NCBI GenBank assembly: GCA_026395685.1
Contig: JAPLYG010000001.1
Span: 7,862-71,861, forward strand
Length of the DNA: 64,000 nucleotides
Direction: 5' to 3'
From: Candidatus Parcubacteria bacterium
GTDB lineage: Bacteria > Patescibacteriota > Patescibacteriia > CAIXNZ01
Part shown: positions 29,841 through 38,241 of the stretch, one piece after another
How the letters are laid out: each line of letters opens with the position of its first letter
Numbering within the stretch: the stretch's first letter is position 1
The notes under the pieces: model-generated
What the model saw: the letters and a program-made list of their open reading frames with translations, nothing else
What the model was told of the DNA's origin: nothing
Databases searched by the model: none
Position numbers and translations under genes: made by a program

Positions 29841-31181
29841 ATGGATCAACCAACGACGCAAATTAAGGGCAATTTGGGGGCTTTAAGCAACAAACAGGCG
29901 GATTTGAAGCCTATACTCAAGTATTGCCTTTACTCAAGAAAATCAACGGAACAAGAGGAACGGCAGGCTCTTTCCATTGATTCGCAAATTAAAGAAATGT
30001 TAAAAGTTGCAGAAAGAGATAATCTGGAAGTAACCGAGATTAGGCGTGAAAGCCATTCTGCCAAAGCTTCGGGAGCCAGGCCGATTTTCAAACAGCTGTT
30101 AGTTGATATTGAGAAAGGACTATTCAATGGAATTTTAACCTGGGCTCCCGACAGGTTAAGTAGAAACGCTGGGGATCTGGGCGAATTGGTCGATCTGATG
30201 GATCATCAAAAACTGATTGAAATCAGAACATTCAGCCAGATATTCACTAATTCACCTAATGAAAAATTTCTACTGATGATCTTGGGCAGTCAGGCCAAAC
30301 TGGAAAACGATAATAGGGGCGTTAATGTCAAAAGAGGATTAAGAGCCAGAGTTGAAATGGGTTTGTGGCCCGGCCAGGCGCCGACTGGTTATCTGACTAA
30401 TAAAAATGTTGATAAGAAAGGTCAAGTTTTAGTAGATCCAGACCGAGCTCCAGTGCTCCGCAAAATGTTTGAAAAAGTAGCTTATGAAAATGTTAGCGGT
30501 CGTAAACTATATGCCTGGCTAAAATTTGATATAGACTTCAAAACTAAATACGGCAAACATTTAACGCTAAGCAATGTATACAGAATTTTAAATAGCCCGT
30601 TTTATTACGGCAGATTCCAATATCCTAAAGAAAGCGGAAACTGGTATCAGGGCAAGCATGAACCATTAATATCGCAAGAACTCTATGAACTGGTACAGCA
30701 AGCGATTACCAGAGGCCAGCATATTAAATCAGAAGCAAAGGAATTCATGTTTGTTAAGCTGATTAAGTGCGGAGCCTGCGGATCAGGAATAACCGCAGAT
30801 GAAAAATTCAAAAAGCTATTGGACGGATCAGTAAGCAGATATGTTTATTACGGATGCACTAAGAGCAAGGATATCCATTGCAAGACAGGTTATATAAGAG
30901 AGGACGAATTATTAAAGCAGATGCTGGAATTGATTGATCGGGTCGATCTTAATCAGCTGGGCATAAAAGAAAAAATAGAAAATGAAATAGACAGGTACTA
31001 TAAATTCAAAACCAGCGTGCTTGGCGAGTCAGACACAAAGAAAAATAAGCAAAAAGATCTGGATATTAAAAATTATGCCAAGTACATCTTAAAGGAAGGC
31101 AGTGTTTATGAAAAAAGAGATTTGTTATCTAACTTAAGAAGCAAGCTTGTACTTAAGGATAAAAAGTTGATGCTGGAATAG
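29841..31181 (+). CDS. Large serine recombinase/integrase
   Basis: Resolvase catalytic region 'YCLYSRKSTEQEERQALSIDSQ'. Recombinase domain, then zinc ribbon 'CGACGSG...YYGC' and a coiled-coil tail. Confidence 0.8.
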   Translation: MDQPTTQIKGNLGALSNKQADLKPILKYCLYSRKSTEQEERQALSIDSQIKEMLKVAERDNLEVTEIRRESHSAKASGARPIFKQLLVDIEKGLFNGILTWAPDRLSRNAGDLGELVDLMDHQKLIEIRTFSQIFTNSPNEKFLLMILGSQAKLENDNRGVNVKRGLRARVEMGLWPGQAPTGYLTNKNVDKKGQVLVDPDRAPVLRKMFEKVAYENVSGRKLYAWLKFDIDFKTKYGKHLTLSNVYRILNSPFYYGRFQYPKESGNWYQGKHEPLISQELYELVQQAITRGQHIKSEAKEFMFVKLIKCGACGSGITADEKFKKLLDGSVSRYVYYGCTKSKDIHCKTGYIREDELLKQMLELIDRVDLNQLGIKEKIENEIDRYYKFKTSVLGESDTKKNKQKDLDIKNYAKYILKEGSVYEKRDLLSNLRSKLVLKDKKLMLE

Positions 31182-31277
31182 GTAAAATAGAAAAACGCCC
31201 TGCTATTGCGGGCGTTCTTCTGTTTCTCTGAATTTGTACGTCCTTGAGGCACTCGGGTCTCTCGAACGCTTTCTTCT

Positions 31278-31352
31278 TGGTACCGCCTAGGGGAATCGAA
31301 CCCCTGTTACCAGGATGAAAACCTGGTGTCCTAACCACTAGACGAAGGCGGC
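31278..31352 (-). tRNA. tRNA-Glu(UUC), CCA encoded
   Basis: Minus strand reads 'GCCGCCTTCGTCTAGTGGTTAGGACACCAGGTTTTCATCCTGGTAACAGGGGTTCGATTCCCCTAGGCGGTACCA'. Cloverleaf with anticodon loop 'TTTTCAT'. Confidence 0.85.
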
Positions 31353-31356
31353 GTAA

Positions 31357-31611
31357 TTATTTAAGATTAAAACCTAATTTGTTAAGTAACTCTTTACGAA
31401 TTTGATAATTTTTCTTTAATATAAGTTCTATCTTTCTCGCTTCAGTTTTAGTATTATATTCTTCTATATATATTAATTCAAAGGGTATTCTACATTTAGT
31501 TGATTTTGTTTTGCCATTATTATGTTCTTTTAGCCTATTTGTTGGGTTATCACTTATTCCAATATAATAACCTTTATCATTTAAGCTTTGTAAAATATAT
31601 AAATAGTACAT
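31357..31611 (-). CDS. GIY-YIG nuclease-family small protein (YhbQ/UPF0213-like)
   Basis: 'YYLYILQSLNDKGYYIGISDNPTNRLKEHN' (GIY-YIG motif, Arg and Glu) and '...TKTEARKIELILKK'. The ORF-track N-terminus 'MVRTPGF...' is a read-through of the tRNA fragment, so the start is set at the internal Met. Confidence 0.7.
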   Translation of the reverse strand: MYYLYILQSLNDKGYYIGISDNPTNRLKEHNNGKTKSTKCRIPFELIYIEEYNTKTEARKIELILKKNYQIRKELLNKLGFNLK

Positions 31612-31620
31612 ATTAATCAA

Positions 31621-31694
31621 GGCAGGATGTCCGCCGGAGGCGGATCCGCCTTTGGCGGAAAAACCTGGTGTCCTAACCACTAGACGAAGGCGGC
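31621..31694 (-). repeat. Duplicated 5' half of tRNA-Glu (acceptor, D-arm and anticodon 5' stem) fused to GGATCCGCC palindromic hairpins
   Basis: Minus strand reads 'GCCGCCTTCGTCTAGTGGTTAGGACACCAGGTTTT' then 'TCCGCCAAAGGCGGATCCGCCTCCGGCGGA'. Identical to tRNA-Glu positions 1-35, diverging inside the anticodon loop. Confidence 0.6.
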
Positions 31695-31882
31695 AAGTTT
31701 AGTTCAAAGTTTATAGTGCAAAGTTTAAAGTTGCGTAATAATCATTTTAAACTAAAAATCCCCTAAGGGATTATGGTTATATTATAGGGTAAAAATCAAT
31801 TATCGTCAAGGCTTGACCTTTGTCAGGATATTTGATTAAGTAACTGTAGGACTAACTGTAATAATAACCAAGGAGGATTAAG

Positions 31883-32329
31883 ATGAAATACAAGTCTAAA
31901 AGATCAGCTCATCTGGTAATTGGAGAAATGATTGCGGAAACAGTGACCAAGATTTGTTCTTTAGCTGACTTGACCAGTTTAGAAGCTGCTACTCTTTTAG
32001 GGATGCTGGCAGCGGAGCTGGAGATGATGAAGCGAGTAAATATCTCGCTGGATGATTATAAGGCACTTTGCGCCACTTTGTGGAAAATTAAACAAAGCTG
32101 TTCCGATGATCTGGCTGAAAAGCTTTTGCCGGCGGCAATATTTGTTATTGAAGAAGAACCTGAAAAAAATGATGTGACTTATATTCCTTGCCCTGCTAAA
32201 GATTGCAATGGGCTGATGGAATCTAAGGGAAAATCTTCGGCTAAGGGTGACGATGGAAAGAGTTCGTATCTTACTTATATTTGTCCGAGATGTGGTCGCG
32301 AACAAAAAGTTCAACAGCCTCGATGGTGA
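31883..32329 (+). CDS. Hypothetical protein with C-terminal zinc-ribbon (CPxxDC...CPRCG)
   Basis: RBS 'AGGAGG' upstream. 'CPAKDCNG' and 'CPRCGREQ'. Confidence 0.4.
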   Translation: MKYKSKRSAHLVIGEMIAETVTKICSLADLTSLEAATLLGMLAAELEMMKRVNISLDDYKALCATLWKIKQSCSDDLAEKLLPAAIFVIEEEPEKNDVTYIPCPAKDCNGLMESKGKSSAKGDDGKSSYLTYICPRCGREQKVQQPRW

Positions 32330-32459
32330 ATTTTAACATGATAAACCGCGCTCAAGGGAGCCGGTTTTTTTTATGTTCTAACCTTGAATTCTATTGATTT
32401 TTAAGGTATCATTTAAATAAAGATTTTAAAATTTTGTTATAAAACTAAGTCTTTTAATT

Positions 32460-33500
32460 ATGATAATACTAGCCATTGAGACATCATGTGATGAAACAGC
32501 CGTCGCCTTGTTAGAAATTAATAGGGGTTATTTTAAAGTTTTGGCCAATTTGGTGGCATCTCAAATTAATATTCATAAAAAATACGGGGGAGTGGTGCCG
32601 GAAGTGGCTGCGCGTAAACACTTGGAAAATATGCTGCCGATTTTGGATAAGGCTTTAAAGCAGGCCAAAGTAACTCCGAAACAAATTGATGCCATCGCTG
32701 TGGTTTATGGGCCGGGGTTAATCACTTCTTTAATTGTAGGTGTGGAAGCTGCAAAGACTTTGGCCATGGTTTGGGATAAGCCTTTGATTCCGGTTAATCA
32801 TGTGAAAGCGCATATTCTGGCTAATTATCTCAAGGGCGAGCAGGGAAAACTTGAAGATATTAAATATCCTGCTTTATGTCTGGTTGTTTCAGGCGGGCAT
32901 ACTTCTTTGGTTTTACTTAATGATCCCAATGATTTAAAAACAATCGGCTCTACCCGTGATGACGCGGTTGGTGAAGCCTTTGATAAAGCCGCCAAAATTA
33001 TGGGCTTAGGTTATCCTGGCGGGCCGATAATCTCCAAACATGCGGAAAATGCAGATAAGGAAGATTATAAATTGCCCAGACCCATGATTCATTCTAAGGA
33101 TTTTGATTTTAGCTTTTCCGGCCTAAAAACCGCTGTTAAATATGAATGGGAAAAAGAACGATTTAAGGATGAAAAAAACATACGCAAAATGTGCGCCGCT
33201 TTTCAGCAGGCTTGTATCGATGTGTTAATTGCCAAAACTTTATCCGCGGCTAAACATTATAATGTCAAAGCAATTTTACTGGGCGGGGGAGTCTCGGCTA
33301 ATCGAGAATTGCGCCTGCAATTGGCCGCCAAAGTTAAGGATGAATTACCTAAAGTCATTTTTTCCCAGCCTGATTTGCATTTGACTACAGACAATGCTTT
33401 AATGGTAGCAGTAGCGGCTTTTTTTGAAACTCAGGGTGGTTTGGCTAAATTCAGGGATAATTGGAAAAATGTGAAGGTGGATCCGAATCTGGAGGTCTAA
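32460..33500 (+). CDS. tsaD: tRNA N6-adenosine threonylcarbamoyltransferase TsaD
   Basis: 'MIILAIETSCDETAVAL', 'GVVPEVAARKH' and 'VSGGHTSL'. Confidence 0.9.
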   Translation: MIILAIETSCDETAVALLEINRGYFKVLANLVASQINIHKKYGGVVPEVAARKHLENMLPILDKALKQAKVTPKQIDAIAVVYGPGLITSLIVGVEAAKTLAMVWDKPLIPVNHVKAHILANYLKGEQGKLEDIKYPALCLVVSGGHTSLVLLNDPNDLKTIGSTRDDAVGEAFDKAAKIMGLGYPGGPIISKHAENADKEDYKLPRPMIHSKDFDFSFSGLKTAVKYEWEKERFKDEKNIRKMCAAFQQACIDVLIAKTLSAAKHYNVKAILLGGGVSANRELRLQLAAKVKDELPKVIFSQPDLHLTTDNALMVAVAAFFETQGGLAKFRDNWKNVKVDPNLEV

Positions 33501-33590
33501 TTACCAATAACCAATATTCAATAATCAAACAAATTATATTACACTAAATACTAAATTCAAATTTTGGATTTTGAAATTTGAATTTAGACA

Positions 33591-34070
33591 TTGTTTGATG
33601 ATTGGTTATTGATAGTTGATTATTATAAAATAATGAAAAAACTAATATTAAAATCTGAGAAAGATACCAAGAAATTTGCCATTGAGCTGAGCAAGAAACT
33701 TAAGGGCGGAGAGATTATTGCTTTAGAAGGCGACTTGGGCGTCGGCAAAACTACGTTGACCCAATATTTGGCTAAAAATTTTGGAATTAAGGAAAAGGTA
33801 ACCAGCCCGACTTTTGTTTTAATGAAGATATATGAAATTAAAAATTTAAAATTTAAAATTAAAAATTTAATTCATGTCGATTGTTATAGATTGGACGATC
33901 CTCAGGAGCTTTTTTATCTGGGGATTGAGGAATATTTGAATAATAAAGAATCAATAGTTATAATTGAGTGGGCAGACAAGATTAAAAAGTATATTAAGGC
34001 TTTTAAAAATGTGATTTGGCTGAAAATTGAAATTAAAAATAATTTACGATATTTAAAGGTATTAAAATAA
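33591..34070 (+). CDS. tsaE: tRNA t6A biosynthesis ATPase TsaE (likely true start at Met 33633)
   Basis: P-loop 'GDLGVGKTT', 'SPTFVLM' and 'HVDCYRL'. Confidence 0.8.
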   Translation: MFDDWLLIVDYYKIMKKLILKSEKDTKKFAIELSKKLKGGEIIALEGDLGVGKTTLTQYLAKNFGIKEKVTSPTFVLMKIYEIKNLKFKIKNLIHVDCYRLDDPQELFYLGIEEYLNNKESIVIIEWADKIKKYIKAFKNVIWLKIEIKNNLRYLKVLK

Positions 34071-34074
34071 TAAT

Positions 34075-34614
34075 ATGGATAATGAGCAGATTAAAAAGTT
34101 ATCAGACGAAAAATTGATAGTGTTAGATTCTTTATTTAAAGGGAAAACAGATGCCCAGTTAACAGCTGAAGAAAAAAAACGAAAAGCGATTTATGCGGAT
34201 TATTTGTATCGGCTTCAAGATTTGGAAAATAACGCAAAATTAGAAATCGCCAATAATAAAGTTCGAAAAAAGAGGAGTCTGGAGGGTGATAGGGAAGAAG
34301 CACGGGAAATGATTGAAAAAATGATCAGTGAAAGAATATATCCAATCGTCACTGTCCCGGCTGAATTTTGGCCAAATATCCAAAGCGAAGGCGGACTTTC
34401 AGCCCATAAAACAAAATATTTGCCGGATTTTAAAAAAATAGTAGGCACTTTAGGTGTAGGCGCATATAATCCTCAAGGGCGCGTGCTTTTACAGATTGAA
34501 TGTGATCCAAACGATTTAGAGCCGAGAATGACCGGATCAAATTTGACCTACCATGGCATTGTTGGTTATACGAAAAATTTTGTGCCTCTTGAAAAAATTA
34601 AATTACTGCAATAA
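34075..34614 (+). CDS. Hypothetical protein
   Basis: 179-aa ORF in an operon with tsaDE. No recognisable motif. Confidence 0.35.
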   Translation: MDNEQIKKLSDEKLIVLDSLFKGKTDAQLTAEEKKRKAIYADYLYRLQDLENNAKLEIANNKVRKKRSLEGDREEAREMIEKMISERIYPIVTVPAEFWPNIQSEGGLSAHKTKYLPDFKKIVGTLGVGAYNPQGRVLLQIECDPNDLEPRMTGSNLTYHGIVGYTKNFVPLEKIKLLQ

Positions 34615-34649
34615 AAAAAGCGGTTAAAGTCTTGGACTTAGCCGCTTTA

Positions 34650-34850
34650 TCATTTAGATACGTTCAGCATGATTTCTTCGATGAAAAATCCGCTAGGCAA
34701 ACAAACTGTTTTTTTGTTGTTAAGATGAAAGATAACTAGTTTTTTATCGCTGGAAACGCTTGCGTCAATAATCACGAGTCCCTTCCCATCACTATAGGGC
34801 AATCTTTTCTTGTATTCAGCCAAGGCTAATGCAAGTCTGTCTTCTGCCAT
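34650..34850 (-). CDS. Small hypothetical protein (66 aa) with strong RBS
   Basis: 'GGAGGTG' lies 5 nt upstream of the ATG on the minus strand. Confidence 0.4.
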   Translation of the reverse strand: MAEDRLALALAEYKKRLPYSDGKGLVIIDASVSSDKKLVIFHLNNKKTVCLPSGFFIEEIMLNVSK

Positions 34851-34950
34851 TTTATCACCTCCATTAATCTATACTTAAAGACATTATTTCTTAGCGGATT
34901 ACTAACCTTAGCAGTTGTTTAGGTTATTGTCAAGCGGCAACCTTAAATAA

Positions 34951-34984
34951 AAGATCCTCCCTAAGGCGAGAGGATCTTTTTTAT
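34951..34984. terminator. Bidirectional rho-independent terminator
   Basis: 'AAGATCCTCCCTAAGGCGAGAGGATCTT' flanked by an A-run and a T-run. Confidence 0.6.
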
Positions 34985-34991
34985 TCAATGA

Positions 34992-36740
34992 TTATTCAAC
35001 TACTCTAAAGACTTCGTCAACTGTTGTAATGCCATCAAGAGCTTTTAAAATGCCGTCTTGAGCCATGCTGATCATGCCGCTATCATGGGCAACTTTGGAA
35101 ATAATATATTCTGATGTTTTGCCTGATAAAATTTCAGCTTCAATTTGGGGGTTAAGAGTAAAGATTTCATAAATACCGAGCCTACCCTTTAAACCAATAT
35201 GGTTACATTCATCACAGCCTTGTCCGCGATAAAATTTTAATTTATTAAGATCAATTTTATAGCCTGAATTGGGTGGTAAATTTTTGAGGGTTTCTTTAAC
35301 TTTTTCTAGTTGCGCTGGTTCCAGCTGGGCTTCAATTTTGCATTTATCGTGAATTTTTCTGACTAAACGCTGTCCAATCACGGCATTTAAGGCCGGGGCC
35401 AATAAATAAGGCTTGGCGCCCATGGATAAGAAGCGGGGAATGGCGCCAGAGGCATCATTGGTGTGCAGGGTGGAAAGTACCTGATGGCCTGTCAAAGCAG
35501 CCTGAATAGCTACATCTACGGTTTCCAGGTCGCGCAATTCGCCGACCATAATGATATCCGGATCCTGCCTTAAAAGCGAACGTAATCCGTCAGCAAAAGA
35601 ATAGCCGGCAGTATGGTCAATTTGACTTTGAGAAATACCTTCAATCTTGTATTCAATAGGATCTTCTAAGGTAATGATTTTTATTTCTGGATTATTTAAT
35701 TTACTTAAAATTGCATATAAGGTCGTTGTTTTACCAGAACCGGTAGGCCCGGTGGTAATAATCATGCCGGTTGGCCTGTCAATTTGTCTTTTTAAATCAT
35801 CAAAAGCTTTGCCTCTAATTCCTAATTCCTCAAAATTTAAGCCCGTGATATTGGGATGAAGTAATCTCAAAACAATACTTTCCCCATAGGCTGTGGGTAG
35901 GGTAGAAACACGGATTTCCATTTTATTTTCTCCCTTTAAGAATATAGTGATTCTGCCGTCCTGCGGTTTTTCAGTAATATTTATTTTCAAGCCGGCAATA
36001 TTTTTGATTCTGGAGTCAAGCCTCTCCCAGACGTTTTTCTGCAGAGTAGCGACAACATGCAAAACACCGTCAATTCTGTATCTGATATTTATTTTATTTT
36101 CTTCCGGCTCAATATGAATATCCGAAGAATTTGACTGCATTGCTCCCGCCAGGAGCATTTGAAAAATTACAGTCATATTTTTTTCTTCATTCAGTTTAGC
36201 ATTCAAAATTCCAAAATTTTTCAGTTCTTTCTGCAGCTGTTCCAGCTCAGCAGCGGTAATTTTAACGCCGGCAATAAATTCACGCGGGGGAGGAAATTTA
36301 TCATAAAGCTGATCTGCCGTTTTTAGGTTATGTTCGGAAATTAAATATATCTCTCCGGTTCCGCTGGCAGTATCTTTCGCAGCCATAGTTAAGATTTCTT
36401 TCAGCTTTGGATTATTCGGCATCGTCGAAGCGATTTTGGCGCCTTTTTCTGATTTATAAAAACAAATTACCTTATTCTTTCGGGAGATTTCTCGGGGAAT
36501 AGCATTGATGGCATCGCTATTAATCGGCAGGCCAATCAGATTAATATAAGGATAGCCCAGCTGTTGAGCCTGGGCCTGAGCTACTCCTTCCAGTTCTCCA
36601 AGCTTGATTGCGGTCATTTTTTCCGTAAATTTTTCCTGAACATTCGTTTCAGCTAAAACCGGTTTGAGTGATTTGTTTTTGCTTTCTGAAATTAAATCAG
36701 AGATGCCTTTTATTTTTTTATTATCGTCTAAGTCAGCCAT
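34992..36740 (-). CDS. Type IV pilus/type II secretion assembly ATPase (PilB/GspE family)
   Basis: Walker A 'GPTGSGKTTTLYA', Asp box, Walker B 'IMVGELRD', and a tetracysteine motif 'CDEC...'. Confidence 0.85.
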   Translation of the reverse strand: MADLDDNKKIKGISDLISESKNKSLKPVLAETNVQEKFTEKMTAIKLGELEGVAQAQAQQLGYPYINLIGLPINSDAINAIPREISRKNKVICFYKSEKGAKIASTMPNNPKLKEILTMAAKDTASGTGEIYLISEHNLKTADQLYDKFPPPREFIAGVKITAAELEQLQKELKNFGILNAKLNEEKNMTVIFQMLLAGAMQSNSSDIHIEPEENKINIRYRIDGVLHVVATLQKNVWERLDSRIKNIAGLKINITEKPQDGRITIFLKGENKMEIRVSTLPTAYGESIVLRLLHPNITGLNFEELGIRGKAFDDLKRQIDRPTGMIITTGPTGSGKTTTLYAILSKLNNPEIKIITLEDPIEYKIEGISQSQIDHTAGYSFADGLRSLLRQDPDIIMVGELRDLETVDVAIQAALTGHQVLSTLHTNDASGAIPRFLSMGAKPYLLAPALNAVIGQRLVRKIHDKCKIEAQLEPAQLEKVKETLKNLPPNSGYKIDLNKLKFYRGQGCDECNHIGLKGRLGIYEIFTLNPQIEAEILSGKTSEYIISKVAHDSGMISMAQDGILKALDGITTVDEVFRVVE

Positions 36741-36755
36741 AAAGTAAGTAAAAAA

Positions 36756-38093
36756 TTATTTTGATTTTTTAGATTTTCGTTTAGTTTTAACCGGGGGTTT
36801 AGTCTGGGTTTGCCATTCCTTCTGAGCTTCAATTAGTATTTTTTTTGCTCTTCTTTTTATTATAGGCTCAAATTTGGTATAGGCATAAACCGCTTCCTTG
36901 GCAACTTTCTGACTGCGTTTTTTTAGAACCGGCTTATACTCCCTGTATTTATCGTAAATATTTTGGGAGATTACCACTGCTTGTTTTTCCGCCTCTTTGG
37001 CTATCTGGGCGGCATTTTTTTCTATCATTTTCGCATCAATCTTAAGTTTATTTTTTTTGGCAAAATCTCTCATGAATCCGGGTAATTCCTTGATCAGATT
37101 TAGAATCTTTCCAAATAAAGTCTCTTCACTAAGCTTAATAAAGGTAATAGTCCAGGATGACAGATAGAATACCGTAAAAAATGAATTGATAAATAGCGAC
37201 AAAGCAGTAAAGGCTAAGACTAGAATTGTCAGACATAAAACAATGGCTAACAAATCGCCTTTAATTACTGATAAAACACCCATAATGCTCATGGGGAATA
37301 AGAATAACAGGAAAAGACTGAAAATAACAATCAAACTAAGCAGTTTAATAAAAAATAATATTGTGGCAATTTCAAGGCTGATCAGGATGTTTTTAGTAAA
37401 CAGTTTCCAGGCATGGGAAATCGCATCAATTACCTCCATGTCTTTCAAGACAATATAATTGATGGCGTAGGCTGTGATAAAACTGATAATTATTGCCAGG
37501 ATTATATAGAAAATAAAGAATAGAATATTGACATATACCAGAAGTATGAATTTTTGTATCAGGATGAGATAAAGCAAGGGCAGGCTTAAGGCAATAAATA
37601 ATGCATAGATTACGAGCTTATTGAGAATATTCAGACTTAAAACCGCCCAAAATTTTTCACTGCTTTGGCCCAGTATTTTACTGATTGTTATTTTCTTGCC
37701 ATGATAAATTAAACTCGTTCCCTTGATAACAAAGATTTGGGAAGTAAAGGCAAACCAGATAGCCGCTAAAATAGTTGCACCTGCCAGACAAAACGCAATA
37801 AAACCCAGAAAGTTTGGCTTTTGGATGCTCAATCCCATGAAAATTTTTTGAAAATATAGACCCTGATTTTGATAAAAAATAATCAGGCTTTGATAAAAGC
37901 CGACCGGATCCTGCGCCTGGGTAATCTGCCCCAGGAAAATTTCATAAATATTTTCCAAAGAAACAAAAGAAGCAAAAATACCAAAAACCCAAAGAATCTT
38001 ATTATGGGCGGTAATTTGCCAAGCTTGCTTAAGAATTTGTTTATAAGAAATGAACATATTTTTCCCCCGTCTCTTTGCGTTTTTATAAAGCAA
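36756..38093 (-). CDS. Polytopic membrane protein, hypothetical
   Basis: About 8 TM helices and a Lys-rich C-terminal tail. Not a recognisable PilC. Confidence 0.35.
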   Translation of the reverse strand: MLYKNAKRRGKNMFISYKQILKQAWQITAHNKILWVFGIFASFVSLENIYEIFLGQITQAQDPVGFYQSLIIFYQNQGLYFQKIFMGLSIQKPNFLGFIAFCLAGATILAAIWFAFTSQIFVIKGTSLIYHGKKITISKILGQSSEKFWAVLSLNILNKLVIYALFIALSLPLLYLILIQKFILLVYVNILFFIFYIILAIIISFITAYAINYIVLKDMEVIDAISHAWKLFTKNILISLEIATILFFIKLLSLIVIFSLFLLFLFPMSIMGVLSVIKGDLLAIVLCLTILVLAFTALSLFINSFFTVFYLSSWTITFIKLSEETLFGKILNLIKELPGFMRDFAKKNKLKIDAKMIEKNAAQIAKEAEKQAVVISQNIYDKYREYKPVLKKRSQKVAKEAVYAYTKFEPIIKRRAKKILIEAQKEWQTQTKPPVKTKRKSKKSK

Positions 38094-38241
38094 AAAAGAC
38101 TTAACTTTCTTAATTAATTTATTATAATAAAAAATATTTAGCTGTATAAATTATACTACAAATTAGCATAAAAATAAACTAGCCCCTGCTGAGAGGCTAG
38201 TTTTAAACTATAAAGATCCAGAGGGCTATGCTTATTGCTAT

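Noticed and set aside
31153-31680. ORFs beginning 'MVRTPGF...' (31153-31338 and the N-terminal extension of 31357-31680)
   Set aside because: They are translations of the tRNA-Glu D-arm ('GGTTAGGACACCAGGTTTT') on the minus strand. The first is spurious. The second is only real from the internal Met (GIY-YIG protein).
33841-33875. Low-complexity 'AAATTTAAAATTAAAAATTTAA' run
   Set aside because: It lies inside the tsaE coding sequence (encoding KNLKFKIKNL) and is compositional, not a repeat element.
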